A stretch of 48,767 nt of DNA from Octopus bimaculoides (lineage: Eukaryota). The notes under the pieces are model-generated. The model did not search any database. It was given only the letters and a program-made list of their open reading frames with translations, and was not told the origin of the DNA. This document shows positions 47,673 through 48,767 of the stretch, piece by piece. Where the stretch lies: positions 140,368,832 to 140,417,598 of the forward strand of contig NC_068984.1 of assembly GCF_001194135.2 (NCBI RefSeq), written 5' to 3'. A program made the position numbers and the translations under genes. Numbering within the stretch: the stretch's first letter is position 1; every line of letters starts with the position of its first letter.

Positions 47673-48062
47673 AGGCTCAGGACTGGCTGTGTGTTATGCA
47701 CCTTGCTTACCAGCCACACAGTTCCAGGTTCAGTCCCACTGCGTGGCACCTTGGGCAAGTGTCTTCTACTATAGCCTTGTGAGTAGATTTGATAGGCAGA
47801 AACTGAAAGAAGCCCATCGTATATATCTATATATACACACACACGTGTGCGTGCGCATGCCTATATTCGTGTCTGTGTTTGTCACCACATCATCGCTTGA
47901 CAACCGATGTTGGTATGCTTACGTCTCTTGTAACTTCACAGTTTGGCAAAAGATACCGATAGAATACATACTAGGCTTAAAAAGAATAAGTCTCAGGGTC
48001 AATTTGTTCGACTAAAAAGGTGGTGCTCCACCATGACCGCAGTCAACTGGCTGAAACAAGTA
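47673..48062 (+). mobile_element. SINE family A, full length
   Basis: Same head, body and tail. Confidence 0.85.
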
Positions 48063-48767
48063 TATGAATAGACCGAACTTGCTCAAAGAGCTCATAAATA
48101 TACAAACTAAGAACAATGCTACTTTATGATTTAACAAACAACAGTGCCCCCTACTTATGTCAAGGTATTCCTAACAGGCAAAAAGTCTCCTTTATAACTC
48201 TTTAGCATACAGGTTACTCTGTTAAACCAAATGCAGTCCTCATTTACTCATATTGATTTGAATTAATCATGTATAACCTTGATTATCATCATTATTTAAT
48301 GTTCGTTGTCCATGCTGGCACGTTCGAAGGCTGCGCCAGGATCCAGTTTGATTTGGCATGGTTTTGTACGGCTGGATGCCCTTCCTAACGCCAACTGCGC
48401 TGAGAGTGTAATGGGTGCTTTTCCATGTCACTGGTATCTGCCATGACTGCGATTTTGCTCAGCTTGATGGGTCTTCTCAAGCATGACACAATGCTAAAGG
48501 TCTCAGCCATTGCCTCCGTGAGGCCCAACACTCGAAAGGAACTCAGCTACCTCGTCCCCATGAGGCCCGCTCGAAACGAACTCAGTCATTATTTTAAGAA
48601 TGGCATTGTTGGGCAAGTATGAAAAGCAGGATCAGGCCAGGTTCAAACTATTCACTACAAACCCACGCTATGTCTGCTCCAATAATCAGCGAATTCTTTG
48701 TGACAGTCAGCAATTGATGATGAGATGAGTTACTACGGATCACACTATCCCAAAGTGTGAATGCATG

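Overview
AT-rich eukaryotic draft-assembly sequence with six N gaps. The SINE/RTE repertoire suggests an octopod cephalopod (inference). The left two-thirds (2850-31025, + strand) holds one intron-rich gene, TTC27 (tetratricopeptide repeat protein 27, yeast Emw1 family). I traced 22 GT-AG exons by hand, and their reading phases chain correctly except at one junction: a small TPR exon is missing between 23233 and 25442, probably in the 24485-24800 gap. The start-codon exon was not found. No other protein-coding gene could be supported. The rest is tRNA-derived SINEs, two RTE LINE families, MITEs, solo-LTR-like elements and microsatellites. The most notable non-genic observations are: a tRNA-headed SINE whose tail carries a minimal type-I hammerhead ribozyme, in a Penelope-like head-to-head arrangement (46405-46692); an antisense solo-LTR-like element in a TTC27 intron with a six-pentamer heat-shock element upstream of a TATA box (11330-11736); two long fold-backs (15599-16199, 41055-41283); and a G-U-rich hairpin of pri-miRNA stem length (39040-39164). 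All alignments and folds were done by eye and are not database-verified.
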